Assembly (NCBI GenBank): GCA_965116865.1
Contig: OZ220727.1
Location: 173,333 to 237,332 of the forward strand
From: Acidimicrobiales bacterium
Lineage (GTDB): Bacteria; Actinomycetota; Acidimicrobiia; Acidimicrobiales; Aldehydirespiratoraceae
Length of the DNA stretch: 64,000 nucleotides
Direction: 5' to 3'
The first letter of the stretch is position 1. Every line of letters starts with the position of its first letter. The position numbers and the translations under genes were made by a program. The notes below the pieces were generated by a model that worked only from the letters and a program-made list of their open reading frames with translations, searched no databases and had not been told where the DNA came from. Of the stretch, positions 44,735 to 54,482 are shown one piece after another.

Positions 44735-45415
44735 CTAGCTGTCGCTGGTGACCGTAGCGGGCATCGCTTCTGTGAGGCTGCGCAGCCGGTACCGGAACCT
44801 GGCAGTGACGCGAGGTTCGCGGCCGCCCACATCGCGGAGCGCGTCGCCGCGTACGTACGCGTCCGGGCCGAGCCGCCTCATCGCAGAGCCGTCTGTGATG
44901 AGGTTGACGCATTCGTCCCAGTCCCATCCGGCGAAAGCCGAGTAGCGCAAAGCCTCCAACACTGTCACCTCGGCCCATGTCAGCTCCCGGCGTGCCTCGT
45001 TGGCCCTAGACGAGAACATGCAACCCCTGACGTTTGTGCGCGGGGCCCGTCCGACCACACATATCCGCAAGCGGACGGTCGGCTGCCAGTTCCATCCCAA
45101 CTTGTTGACTGCGGTCAGTCCCCCGTAACCGGAGCCTGGGCCTGCGATGGCCATTGCGGCTCGGCCGCGGTCGTAGACGAGAATGCCTTTGCGCCAGGGA
45201 TTGTTGACCTTGATATAGACCCCCTGAGCGACGCGTTCGAGACGGATGTCTCGGGCGACCATCTGGCTGAGGGTCTTGGCCACCACCTGCTGCGGCCCGG
45301 GCACGTCGCCGGTTCTGAAGATCGACCAGTCCGGCAGCGCAGCCACCCAGTCACGCACGGCCGCAGCGGCGGAGCCGTCTCTGTAGGCGATCGGCGCGAG
45401 CGCTGTATCTGTCAT
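44735..45415 (-). CDS. abiEi: AbiEi-family antitoxin / transcriptional regulator
   Basis: 226 aa. N-terminal wHTH ending ...RLERVAQGVYIKV (the G-x-Y motif of AbiEi). Directly upstream of abiEii. Confidence 0.7.
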   Translation of the reverse strand: MTDTALAPIAYRDGSAAAAVRDWVAALPDWSIFRTGDVPGPQQVVAKTLSQMVARDIRLERVAQGVYIKVNNPWRKGILVYDRGRAAMAIAGPGSGYGGLTAVNKLGWNWQPTVRLRICVVGRAPRTNVRGCMFSSRANEARRELTWAEVTVLEALRYSAFAGWDWDECVNLITDGSAMRRLGPDAYVRGDALRDVGGREPRVTARFRYRLRSLTEAMPATVTSDS

Positions 45416-45588
45416 GGCCCCACTCTACCACGCCGATATAGCTACCGCGTTATGACGCTGCGGCTGGCTCGTGCCCAAATCGCAAGCAAACGGCGGAAGC
45501 GGAGACCTGATCGGGCTACTCGGACGCGAAATGCCACGTCACCGCAGTCGCTGGCGGCGACCCGGCCGCGCTAGGCGGCCCGGCGACT

Positions 45589-46286
45589 ATGTGCGCTCAT
45601 CCGCAGCGGCTGCTCACACTCGGCGGACCGGGACTCCGGCTGTCGATCCAAGACGGCAGTGCCACTCCCCTTGCAGGCATTGCCGACGACATAGGCGAAA
45701 TCAAGATGGCGATCGAGCAGCTATGCGGTGGGATCTTGGGTCTCGAATACAGCGCCCACCCCCAGTCAGCGCCCTCAGCTGGCGATCTGGCGTGGGTCGT
45801 GCATCACAGCCTTAGCGACGCACCAGGCATCGAGAAACTGATCGAACAGGGCAAGGCCCAGCGGTCTGTCGAAGCCCGCTGCGCTGAAACCCTCTGCACC
45901 TTCACTGCCACCAGTCCAGGCACAGTTACCACCATCCTGCTGCGCCCGGTCGACGTCGGCGCCGGCACAGTTCACCTCTGGCCTGGGGTCGTCACCGTCG
46001 ACGATTGCGTGCTCGACACCACTGGCACCTCATGGGCTCCCCAGCCCGTCGAACTGCCTGCCGGCCGCTACCTGGTGCGAGGCGCTCCGCACCAGGTAGA
46101 TCATCGGCAATCAGATCCGATGGTATTCATCCCCGATCCCTCGATCGAGCCCGAGACCACAGCCAGCATCAAGGTAGGGGAGTGGGGCCAGGACAGCCGC
46201 TTTGAAGTGCGCGCTCGCCCGGACTGCATCATTCGACTCCCACACGACGAGCCCGCTCTACTCGCCTGTTGGGCGACCGCTTTGGC
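45589..46286 (+). pseudogene. hypothetical gene, 3'-truncated by ISL3-A copy 2
   Basis: The ORF 45589..46710 frame changes to IS-derived sequence (LRVSGRGEGVEQ...) exactly at the IS end (46287). No recognisable domain. Confidence 0.5.
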
Positions 46287-47687
46287 GGCTCTCCGCGTTT
46301 CAGGTCGGGGTGAGGGTGTCGAGCAGTGTCCAGTTGGGTCTGCCGGCGTAGAGGAGGGCTCGGATTCGGTAGTTGGCGAAGTTGGTGAACCCGAACGCGG
46401 CACGTTTGACGCGTTTGACGGGGTTGTTGGCGGCTTCGGCAGCGGCGTTGGTGACTTTGGCGGTGTGCCAGTTGGCGATCTGGTGTCTCCAGGTCCACAG
46501 AGTGCGGCCGAGCCGGTTGGCCTCGGGCGGCAGGCCGGGGTCCTGGAGGTCCTTCGCGAGCTGGTTCACGGTCGCGGCGCCCACTTCGGCGTCGTTGATG
46601 TCATAGATGCTGCACAGGGTTTCTTCAGCGGTGCCGGGCGTCGCGGACTTCGCCGTGGGGGTCGCCGGCGTCGAGCAGGCCCCGCAGCCGGACGCGGCCG
46701 GAGTCGGTGATCTTCTCGGACGCGGACACCGGCAGTTTGCGGGCCCGATACAGGGGGTCGTGTTTGTGGCCGCGGGTCCGCTGGTGGACTCTGCGGCGGA
46801 CCTCGTCGAGGGCGGTGTTGCCCAACCGCACGACGTGGAACGGGTCCGCGGCCTGGGCCGCGTGGGGCGGCGCCTCGTCGAAGGCCGTGCGGTAGGGGCC
46901 TGAGAGGTCCAGAACAGCCCAGCGGATGCCGGCCAGCCAGCTGCGGGGCCGCTCAAGCAGCCACGCTGCGGGTGCTTTGGCGGCGCGGCCTGGGACTATG
47001 TCCAACAGCTGGCCTGCGCCGACGTCGACGATGCCGGTCGCCCAGACCTTGGTCCGGGACCGTCCCCGCCGCCACATCAGGCGCTCGTCGAGCCCCAGCG
47101 CGACGACGGCTGAGATGCGCTCAGTGTCGGCCTCGAGCAGCGCCTCGCCCCAGCGCCGCACCGAGGCGTTCACCGGGCGCCGGCTGCACCCGAGCTCGTC
47201 GGCGACCTCCGCCACAGTGCGGCCCAGCCCGGCCTGGCGCGTCGCCCAACGCCCCGCCCGCGTCGTCAGCCTCTCGCGCTCGGACGCGATCCGCGGGTCC
47301 TGCTCGGTCACGGTGCCCGCCTTGCAGTCCCCGTCCGAGCAGCGCCACCGCCGCCTGCTGCACCAGCCGCACAGACCGCCCGAACGCCGGCAGGTCCACC
47401 AACTCCACCCGGCTGTCGCCGTCTGACCACAGCCGCCCGCCGCAGCCCACACAGCCCGGCCTCGGCACCCGCAGCCGCACATGCACCCGCAACGGTGCAC
47501 CGGCCTCGTCGTCAACGCCCAGCACCTCCACGTCGCCCAGCCCCAACATCAGCTCACACACGCGTAGGGTCGCACTCCACAGGGATCCTCCAGATCTCGG
47601 CTGTCGTGAAGCGCCGATTCTGGGGGATCCCTCGCTTTCAGCCGCGGACCCCTACCGCCTCCAATCCGACCTCAAACGCGAAGCGCC
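46287..47687 (-). mobile_element. ISL3-A copy 2 (1401 bp)
   Basis: IRs as in copy 1. Transposase ORFs 46625..47515 and 46300..46956. An extra 2-nt frameshift near LVWHKRRW, plus the shared CGC-TGA-A break. Confidence 0.85.
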
Positions 47688-48389
47688 GCATAAACTCGAG
47701 GTGCCGCACCCAGCCGGCGCGCGCTCCGGGGGGCCGCTTCGCCAAGGACCGCTTCGACGTCGATCTGCTCAACGGCACAGTCACCTGCCCCGCGGGGGTC
47801 TGCGTCGCTGTCCGCTTCGGCCGCGACGCCCGCGTCGAGAGCGGCGACGCCGGCTGGACACCCGTGCGGGGGTTTGCGTCGCTGTCCGCTTCTGCCGCGA
47901 CGGCTCGGGCGCGGCCCGCTTCGGGCCGGCGTGCGCGATCTGCGAACTGCGCGACCGCTGCACCAGCGCAGCCGGCGGAAGGACTGTGCGCGTCGGACCC
48001 GACGAGGCCGTGCTCGCCGCGGCCCGCGAACGCCAACAAGACCCACAATGGCGCCGCGACTACCGCGCCGTGCGCCCCAAAGTCGAACGCAAGCTCGCGC
48101 ACCTCGTGCGCCGCAAACACGGCGGCCGCCACGCCCGGGTGCGCGGCCGGCCCAAAGTCGACGCCGACTTCAACCTGCTCGCCGCAGCCGCCAACATCGC
48201 GCGCCTCGGCATGCTCGGACTGCGCTCCACACCAACAGGATGGACCCTCGACTGACCCCGCCAAAGCCCCAACCCTCCCCCGACACGACCAACCAGCCGC
48301 CCCCGACACGACCAACCCTCGCCCAACCCGCCGACCCCGGCCACCACCCACCACAACAGCCCACCGAACACCAATTTGGCACCAGCCAC
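47688..48389 (+). mobile_element. 3' fragment of an IS1182-like element (with an internal ~60-bp duplication/insertion)
   Basis: Collinear with 39878-40507 of the intact copy, ending ...CCAGCCAC + CTAG (48390-48393). Its 5' side is cut by ISL3-A copy 2. Confidence 0.8.
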
Positions 48390-48635
48390 CTAGGGGTGCG
48401 GAACTCCGGTCGAGCAACTCTCCGTGACGGGAAGCGAGAAGATGCCACGGTAAGCGCTCCGAGGCCGTGCCCACTAGCAAAGGGGCCTGTAGATCATTCG
48501 CGAGAACCGAGCAGATCGACCCGAAGTGGGGCCATGAGGTACTAGTGTCAGCGTGCTGTCCATGGTATGCTTACGAGTTAGGGTGCCGACGTTGCAGAAC
48601 GGTGGCGACAAGATGGAGACCTTGGGAGGATCGCG

Positions 48636-49478
48636 TTGACGCTGTTTGGGGTTCCCGACGCACCACGGTACCGCCTCAGGCAGGCTCCTCTAGCACAGGC
48701 TCTGGCGCAAGTGCGATTTCCGCTGCTCGCCACCCTAGAGACGATGCACGGCATCAGACCCCTGCAAGAGGAACTCCGCGCGGAATTCCCCTACATGGAG
48801 CAGGAGCGCGTCCAAGAGGTAGCTCTAGTCGTAGGTCCAGCCGGACCAGCCGGTGGAATGGCTAGCTCGGAGTCAGTCACTTGGAAGCTAGCAAACGATG
48901 CCGGGACGATGATCGTGATAGGCGCTGGAAGCGCCACCCTTTCAGCAGGCACCTCCTACACGACCATTGAGGACTTCTCTAGAGACTTCCAGCGAATGCT
49001 GACTGCTCTTGACTCAGTAGATATCGCTCGATGTGACAGGTTTGGTGCTCGGTATCTTTCGTTGGCAACAAACTTGCCCGGTGAAGACCGATCATGGAGA
49101 CGATGGTTCAGACCTGATTTGCTTGGGTGGGCTGGTTCTAGTTTCATCGCAGACTACGCTCTCGAAAACGCGGTAAACCAAGTGACCCTTGGATACACAC
49201 CCGAAACTAAGTCAGGTCCACTGCCGACAAAAATTCAAGCTACCGTGCGGCATGGCGCGCTACCTGCAAATACAGACTTGCCGGGCATTCCGCCTCTGCA
49301 TGTATCGGAACCTTCATATTTTCTAGACCTTGATGTCTATTCTCTTGGCTATCAAAGCTTCGATCCTAAAGCGATACTTGAACAGTTCATGATCTTTCAT
49401 CAACAAATAGATCGGTTCTTCTATTGGTCACTATCAGAGGAAGGTAGAGAGCACTTTGGCATCACTAATCACGGCTAA
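48636..49478 (+). CDS. TIGR04255-like uncharacterised protein
   Basis: 280 aa. The N-terminus PRYRLRQAPLAQALAQVRFP matches the Y..aPL.e....vrF start I recall for TIGR04255. Visibly lower GC than surrounding sequence. Confidence 0.6.
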   Translation: MTLFGVPDAPRYRLRQAPLAQALAQVRFPLLATLETMHGIRPLQEELRAEFPYMEQERVQEVALVVGPAGPAGGMASSESVTWKLANDAGTMIVIGAGSATLSAGTSYTTIEDFSRDFQRMLTALDSVDIARCDRFGARYLSLATNLPGEDRSWRRWFRPDLLGWAGSSFIADYALENAVNQVTLGYTPETKSGPLPTKIQATVRHGALPANTDLPGIPPLHVSEPSYFLDLDVYSLGYQSFDPKAILEQFMIFHQQIDRFFYWSLSEEGREHFGITNHG

Positions 49479-50049
49479 CCCCACCTTGGGATCGACTCGC
49501 GGCCTACCTTGGCCCAGTATTGTTCCGTACGAAGCAACAGTCACTAGTACCAGATACCGCGAAGTCGCCCCCAAGGAGGTCTATGATCCGTGGGTTCGGA
49601 CTCCTGTTCTTGAACCGCAATATGAACCACCTGCCCCGGTGCAAGCTCTTGTGAGGGCTATCACTGAATGGACCAACTGGTCTCATGTGGAATTGGCGCG
49701 TCTCTTGAACAGTACCAATTCACGAGTTCAGGAGTTGGAGGATGGACTTCCAATCCCACGAAATGATGAGCTAGCAGAAAGACTTCATGAGATGCATGAG
49801 GTTGTGGAACGCGTCTTTCTTGTCGCAGGTGGAGACACCACAAGGGCGAGTCACCTTCTCGAATCAAAGCCCGATTCTCGACCCAGCGCGGTAGAACTGT
49901 TGTCTGAGGGCCGCCCATCGGAGGCGTATCTTGCCGCGCTTGAAGTGCATCGTCCTCGTCGCAAGGGTCCGATGATGGAGAGCATTTGGCCAGCCAAACC
50001 CAGTGAAGCTACGGTTGCGATGGAGGATGTTTGGACGGCTCACGATTAG
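49456..50049 (+). CDS. Xre/MbcA/ParS-like antitoxin (HTH plus DUF2384-like C-terminal domain)
   Basis: HTH-like WSHVELARLLNSTNSRVQELEDG, and RASHLLESKPDSRPSAVELLSEGRPSEAYLAAL resembling the DUF2384 motif. The start is uncertain and overlaps the upstream gene by 23 nt. Confidence 0.5.
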   Translation: MASLITANPTLGSTRGLPWPSIVPYEATVTSTRYREVAPKEVYDPWVRTPVLEPQYEPPAPVQALVRAITEWTNWSHVELARLLNSTNSRVQELEDGLPIPRNDELAERLHEMHEVVERVFLVAGGDTTRASHLLESKPDSRPSAVELLSEGRPSEAYLAALEVHRPRRKGPMMESIWPAKPSEATVAMEDVWTAHD

Positions 50050-50061
50050 GCGTGAGCCTAG

Positions 50062-50820
50062 TTGGCAATGTCCAAGCTATATGAGCAGGGGTGGCTCCAA
50101 GGGAGTATTGTTGCCTTCCGACTAGAGGCAACCTACTTGACAACTGGTGGCCAAGAACAGCGCATCAGCACCCAGAAAGAGTCGTTTGAACGATGGATCG
50201 TCTGCACACAAGACTGTGATCTTGCGCGCGTGAGCATCGAATCAGATGAGCCGATAGTTGAACTTAGGCCAATTCTGACAGGCGGTCACCAGAAGGCGTG
50301 GGGCATTAGAAGCGCCATACTCCGCTTGACGGAAAACTCCTATATTGATGCATACTCCCCTAGGTGCTTCACGACACCCAGAGTTCTACACAAGCTGGAA
50401 CCATACCGTGATAACGCTCTTGATCTTTCGCGCCGACCGCATTTCAAGACATGGCTTGGAAGACGGTACGACAGACCAGCCGTTCCAGAGACTTATTTGC
50501 CACTTGCGGTGGCTATCGCAGAAACGTGCAGAAAGCGCAGACACCGGGAGTTTCATGATCGGATTCATGAGATTCTCATGCAGTTTAATCCTTCAGCCCA
50601 ACCACCTGAAGCGGCGCTCTATGCCGTAATCAAGCGTCAGACTGATTCCAGCGATGTGGAAGAATGGTTAGGTACTGTGTCAAGGGAGATCGATGCCAGT
50701 TTGGGTTTCGTAGGAAGGATCGAGGTTGGCACGCGTTCACAAGCTACTTTGCAGTTGCTGGAAGATAGCTACGCCGCTGATCTTTCTCAACTAACTTGGG
50801 GCGGACATCCCCTAGCATAG
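50062..50820 (+). CDS. hypothetical protein (no family recognised; candidate toxin/effector)
   Basis: 252-aa ORF starting 12 nt after the antitoxin-like gene. No RES, PIN or HEPN signature seen. Low GC. Confidence 0.6.
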   Translation: MAMSKLYEQGWLQGSIVAFRLEATYLTTGGQEQRISTQKESFERWIVCTQDCDLARVSIESDEPIVELRPILTGGHQKAWGIRSAILRLTENSYIDAYSPRCFTTPRVLHKLEPYRDNALDLSRRPHFKTWLGRRYDRPAVPETYLPLAVAIAETCRKRRHREFHDRIHEILMQFNPSAQPPEAALYAVIKRQTDSSDVEEWLGTVSREIDASLGFVGRIEVGTRSQATLQLLEDSYAADLSQLTWGGHPLA

Positions 50821-50931
50821 GAACTGCGAGGCATCATCTTGGAATATCCTGCCCCGGCTAGGACTCTGCTGTATCGTTTGCAGCGTCGAAGTCGTTCGTA
50901 GCATCCATAGCAGATTGGGACGGCCCCCTAC

Positions 50932-53100
50932 ATGAACGCCAACACGCACAGCCAGCTAGCCAGCTTCATCTGGAAGATATGCAACCTGCTGCGAGGCCCC
51001 TACAAGCGTAACGAATACCGGAAAGTCATTCTGCCGTTGACGGTGCTTCGGCGTTTCGACTGTGTTCTTGCTGACACGAAACAAGCAGTGCTTGCGGCTG
51101 ACAAACAGCACGCTCATCAGCCAGAGACTTTCCGCCATGAGCTTCTTGAAGCTGCCTCTGACCGACCGTTCTACAACACCTCCAAGCTCGACTTTGAACG
51201 GCTGTTGGATGACCCGAGCCTGCTGGCGCAGAACCTCAACGCCTACATTCATGGTTTCTCAGAGAACGTCCAAGAGATCATCGAACGGTTCGGTTTCAGT
51301 GATCACATCGCCAGGATGGATGAACGGAACCTTCTATATGAAGTCATCAAGGCGTTCGCTGCGGTGGACCTCTCCCCAGAGCGCGTTGACAACATGCAGA
51401 TGGGCTATGTCTTTGAGGAACTCATCCGTATCGGGGCTGAGCAGTCCAACGAGGAAGCCGGTGAGCATTTCACGCCGCGTGAAGTGATCCGTTTGATGGT
51501 CAGTCTGCTGCTGTCTCCCGAACCTGACCTGGGCAAGAGTCGTGTCGTCAAGACGATCTATGACCCTGCCTGCGGCACCGGTGGGATGCTCTCGGTAGCG
51601 GAGGACTACCTGTTGGAACACAATCGGACAGCACGCCCGGTCCTCTTCGGTCAGGACATCAACGACGAAGCCTGGGCGGTTTGCAAGTCCGACATGCTGC
51701 TCAAAGGACAGGACGCAGAGAACATCATCCTCGGAGACTCGTTCACCCGCGACGGTTTCCGCCTACGCCCCAACGGTCAACGCTGGACGTTCGACTACAT
51801 GCTTGCCAATCCTCCCTTCGGTGTGGAATGGAGGCAGCAACAGGACCACATCAACCATGAGCGTGACACGCTCGGCTACGACGGACGTTTCGGAGCAGGG
51901 CTGCCGCGGATCAACGACGGGTCGCTGCTGTTCCTGCTGCACATGCTCTCCAAGATGCAGCCCGTTGAGGATGGCGGCTGGCACCGGGTACAGGCAGGCG
52001 GACCAGGTGGAGGCGGCTCCATGCTCCAACTGCCGCCTACTAGTGGCAGCCGCATCGCCATCGTGTTCAACGGATCACCGTTGTTCACCGGGGACGCCGG
52101 GAGCGGCGAGAGCAACATCCGCCAGTGGATCATCGAGAACGACTGGCTAGAAGCGATTGTGGCGCTGCCTGACCAGATGTTCTACAACACCGGCATCTCC
52201 ACCTACATCTGGGTGCTGACCAACCGCAAGGAACCACACCGCGTCGGCAAGGTGCAACTTGTCGACGGTCGCCAGTTCTTCACCAAGATGAGAAAGAGCC
52301 TCGGCAACAAGCGCCACGAACTGTCACAGGCCCAGATTGACGACCTCACCACCCTTCACGGCAACTTCACCGATGGCGAGACGCGTGACCTCACCGACGA
52401 AGACCCCGTGACCCACCAGCCCCGCACTCGGCCTCGGGTTGTGAGCAAGGTGTTCGACAACGACGACTTCGGCTACCGGAAGATCACCGTTGAGCGGCCT
52501 CTACGGTTGAACTTCGCTGCCACCCCGGAACGGATCGCGCGCATCGAAGATGAAAAGGCGTTCATGAACCTTGCCAAGAGCAGGAAGCGCCCAGGCCCCG
52601 AGCATGACGCAGAGGTAGCCGCAGGCAAGTCCCGTCAGGAGTTGATCCGTGCTCTGCTAGAAGCGCTTGCGGATGAGATGGACGGCGAAGTGGTAGGTGA
52701 CCGTGACACGTTCCTTGGGGTGCTCTCCGGGATTGAGACCACAGCAGGCGTCCGGCTTGCTACGCCTGAGCGCAAGGCAGTGCTCTCAGCGCTGAGCGAA
52801 CGTGATCCTGATGCCGTGATCTGTAGGGACAAGAACGGCAACCCCGAACCCGACACCGAGCTACGCGACACCGAAACCGTGCCGAAGAACGAAGACGTTG
52901 ACGACTACATGGCCCGAGAGGTTCTGCCCCACGTCCCCGACGCATGGATAGACCACTCCAAAACCAAGACCGGCTACGAGATACCCCTCAACCGGCACTT
53001 CTACGTCTACGAACCACCCCGACCCCTAGACGAAATCGACGCCGACCTGCACGACTTGGAGCGCGAGATCATCGGGCTGTTAGCCGACGTAACCTCATGA
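50932..53100 (+). CDS. hsdM: Type I restriction-modification system, methyltransferase subunit
   Basis: HsdM N-terminal domain (LASFIWKICNLLRGPYKRNEYRKVILPLTVLRRFDCVL), motif I DPACGTGGML, motif IV NPPFG. 722 aa. Confidence 0.9.
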   Translation: MNANTHSQLASFIWKICNLLRGPYKRNEYRKVILPLTVLRRFDCVLADTKQAVLAADKQHAHQPETFRHELLEAASDRPFYNTSKLDFERLLDDPSLLAQNLNAYIHGFSENVQEIIERFGFSDHIARMDERNLLYEVIKAFAAVDLSPERVDNMQMGYVFEELIRIGAEQSNEEAGEHFTPREVIRLMVSLLLSPEPDLGKSRVVKTIYDPACGTGGMLSVAEDYLLEHNRTARPVLFGQDINDEAWAVCKSDMLLKGQDAENIILGDSFTRDGFRLRPNGQRWTFDYMLANPPFGVEWRQQQDHINHERDTLGYDGRFGAGLPRINDGSLLFLLHMLSKMQPVEDGGWHRVQAGGPGGGGSMLQLPPTSGSRIAIVFNGSPLFTGDAGSGESNIRQWIIENDWLEAIVALPDQMFYNTGISTYIWVLTNRKEPHRVGKVQLVDGRQFFTKMRKSLGNKRHELSQAQIDDLTTLHGNFTDGETRDLTDEDPVTHQPRTRPRVVSKVFDNDDFGYRKITVERPLRLNFAATPERIARIEDEKAFMNLAKSRKRPGPEHDAEVAAGKSRQELIRALLEALADEMDGEVVGDRDTFLGVLSGIETTAGVRLATPERKAVLSALSERDPDAVICRDKNGNPEPDTELRDTETVPKNEDVDDYMAREVLPHVPDAWIDHSKTKTGYEIPLNRHFYVYEPPRPLDEIDADLHDLEREIIGLLADVTS

Positions 53101-54482
53101 AGCAGCCGTACCCCACCTATCGGGACTCTGGTGTGGAATGGATAGGGGACGTGCCGAAGCACTGGACGGTCGCTCAGGTGCGTAGGTGGTTCGACATCGT
53201 TAACGGAGGGACACCATCTAGCGGTGAGGAGTCCTATTGGGATGGCGAAACGGTTTGGTTGACACCCGACGATTTGGGCCGCAACTCGGCAGTTTGGATC
53301 AACGAGAGCCGCCGCAGGATCACCGAAGAGGGAGTCCGCAACTGTAGTGCCCGAGTCAGTCCTGAAGGCTCCATCATCCTGTCCACGCGTGCTCCCATTG
53401 GTCACATCGCGATAGCGGCTGTGCCTGCTGCTACAAACCAGGGATGTCGCACACTGGTACCGAATCCCGAATCCGACAGCATCTTCGCGTATTACTCACT
53501 CATGGCGAGTCGCCAACCGCTCCAATCGCTCGGGAAGGGGACAACGTTCATGGAGCTGACTCCGACTGAACTCGGCGGTTTCGGAATGGCTCGTCCACCG
53601 CTTGATGAGCAGCGTTCCATCGCAGCCTTCCTCGATGTTGAGACTGCGAAGATCGACACGCTCATTTCAAGGAAGCAGCAGTTGTTGGAACGGCTTGCTG
53701 AATTTAGAACAGCGTTGATCACACAAGCAGTCACGAAAGGGTTGCCACCCGAAGCAGCCCAACAAGCAGGACTTGACCCGGCACCACCGCTCAAAGACTC
53801 AGGAGTGGAATGGCTAGGAGACATACCGGAGCACTGGGACGCAAAGCGGATCAGCGCTCTCGCGCGTCCCGGCAAGGAATCGTTCATCGACGGGGACTGG
53901 GTGGAGTTGCCCTACATCACGGATAGCGGAGTACGTCTAATCCAGACAGGGAACATTGGGATTGGTACGTATCGCGAGCAGGGCTACCGCTATATTGAAG
54001 AGGAATCATTTGATGAACTCAACTGCACCGAGGTCGATCCCGGCGACGTGCTGATCTGTAGGTTGGCTGACCCTGTTGGGAGAGCTTGTAGAGCACCAAG
54101 CTTGGGAGTGAGAATGATCACTTCCGTCGATGTGTGCATCTTGAAGCCATCGGTGGAACACTCAGCCGCTTACCTCACGTATCTGCTTAGTTCACAGCGC
54201 TACCTCAACTATGTCGATTCAACTGTCCGCGGCGGGACAAGGGACCGCATCAGTCGGTCCATGCTTGGGGCTATCAGGGTTCCCACCCCTCCATATGGCG
54301 AACAGCGTGCTATAGCCACCTTTCTTGACGGGCAGGCGGGACGCATAGACGACCTGTGTTCAATAGTCGAGACAGCTATCGAGCGGTTGCAGGAGTACCG
54401 AACCGCTCTCATCACGGCGGCTGTGACAGGCAAGATCGACGTGCGTGACCATGATGGGGTCAAGGCAGGAGCGAGCGTATGA
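53097..54482 (+). CDS. hsdS: Type I restriction-modification system, specificity subunit
   Basis: ATG 53097 overlaps the hsdM stop (ATGA). Two TRDs, each starting ...SGVEWIGD[VI]P[KE]HW, and conserved coiled-coil regions (...LQEYRTALITAAVTGKIDV). Confidence 0.9.
   Translation: MKQPYPTYRDSGVEWIGDVPKHWTVAQVRRWFDIVNGGTPSSGEESYWDGETVWLTPDDLGRNSAVWINESRRRITEEGVRNCSARVSPEGSIILSTRAPIGHIAIAAVPAATNQGCRTLVPNPESDSIFAYYSLMASRQPLQSLGKGTTFMELTPTELGGFGMARPPLDEQRSIAAFLDVETAKIDTLISRKQQLLERLAEFRTALITQAVTKGLPPEAAQQAGLDPAPPLKDSGVEWLGDIPEHWDAKRISALARPGKESFIDGDWVELPYITDSGVRLIQTGNIGIGTYREQGYRYIEEESFDELNCTEVDPGDVLICRLADPVGRACRAPSLGVRMITSVDVCILKPSVEHSAAYLTYLLSSQRYLNYVDSTVRGGTRDRISRSMLGAIRVPTPPYGEQRAIATFLDGQAGRIDDLCSIVETAIERLQEYRTALITAAVTGKIDVRDHDGVKAGASV

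Noticed and set aside
44724-44978. Upstream extension of the AbiEii ORF (track start 44978) overlapping abiEi
   Set aside because: The extension lies inside the abiEi coding region in another frame and is Arg-rich low complexity. ATG 44723, right after the abiEi stop, is the sensible start.
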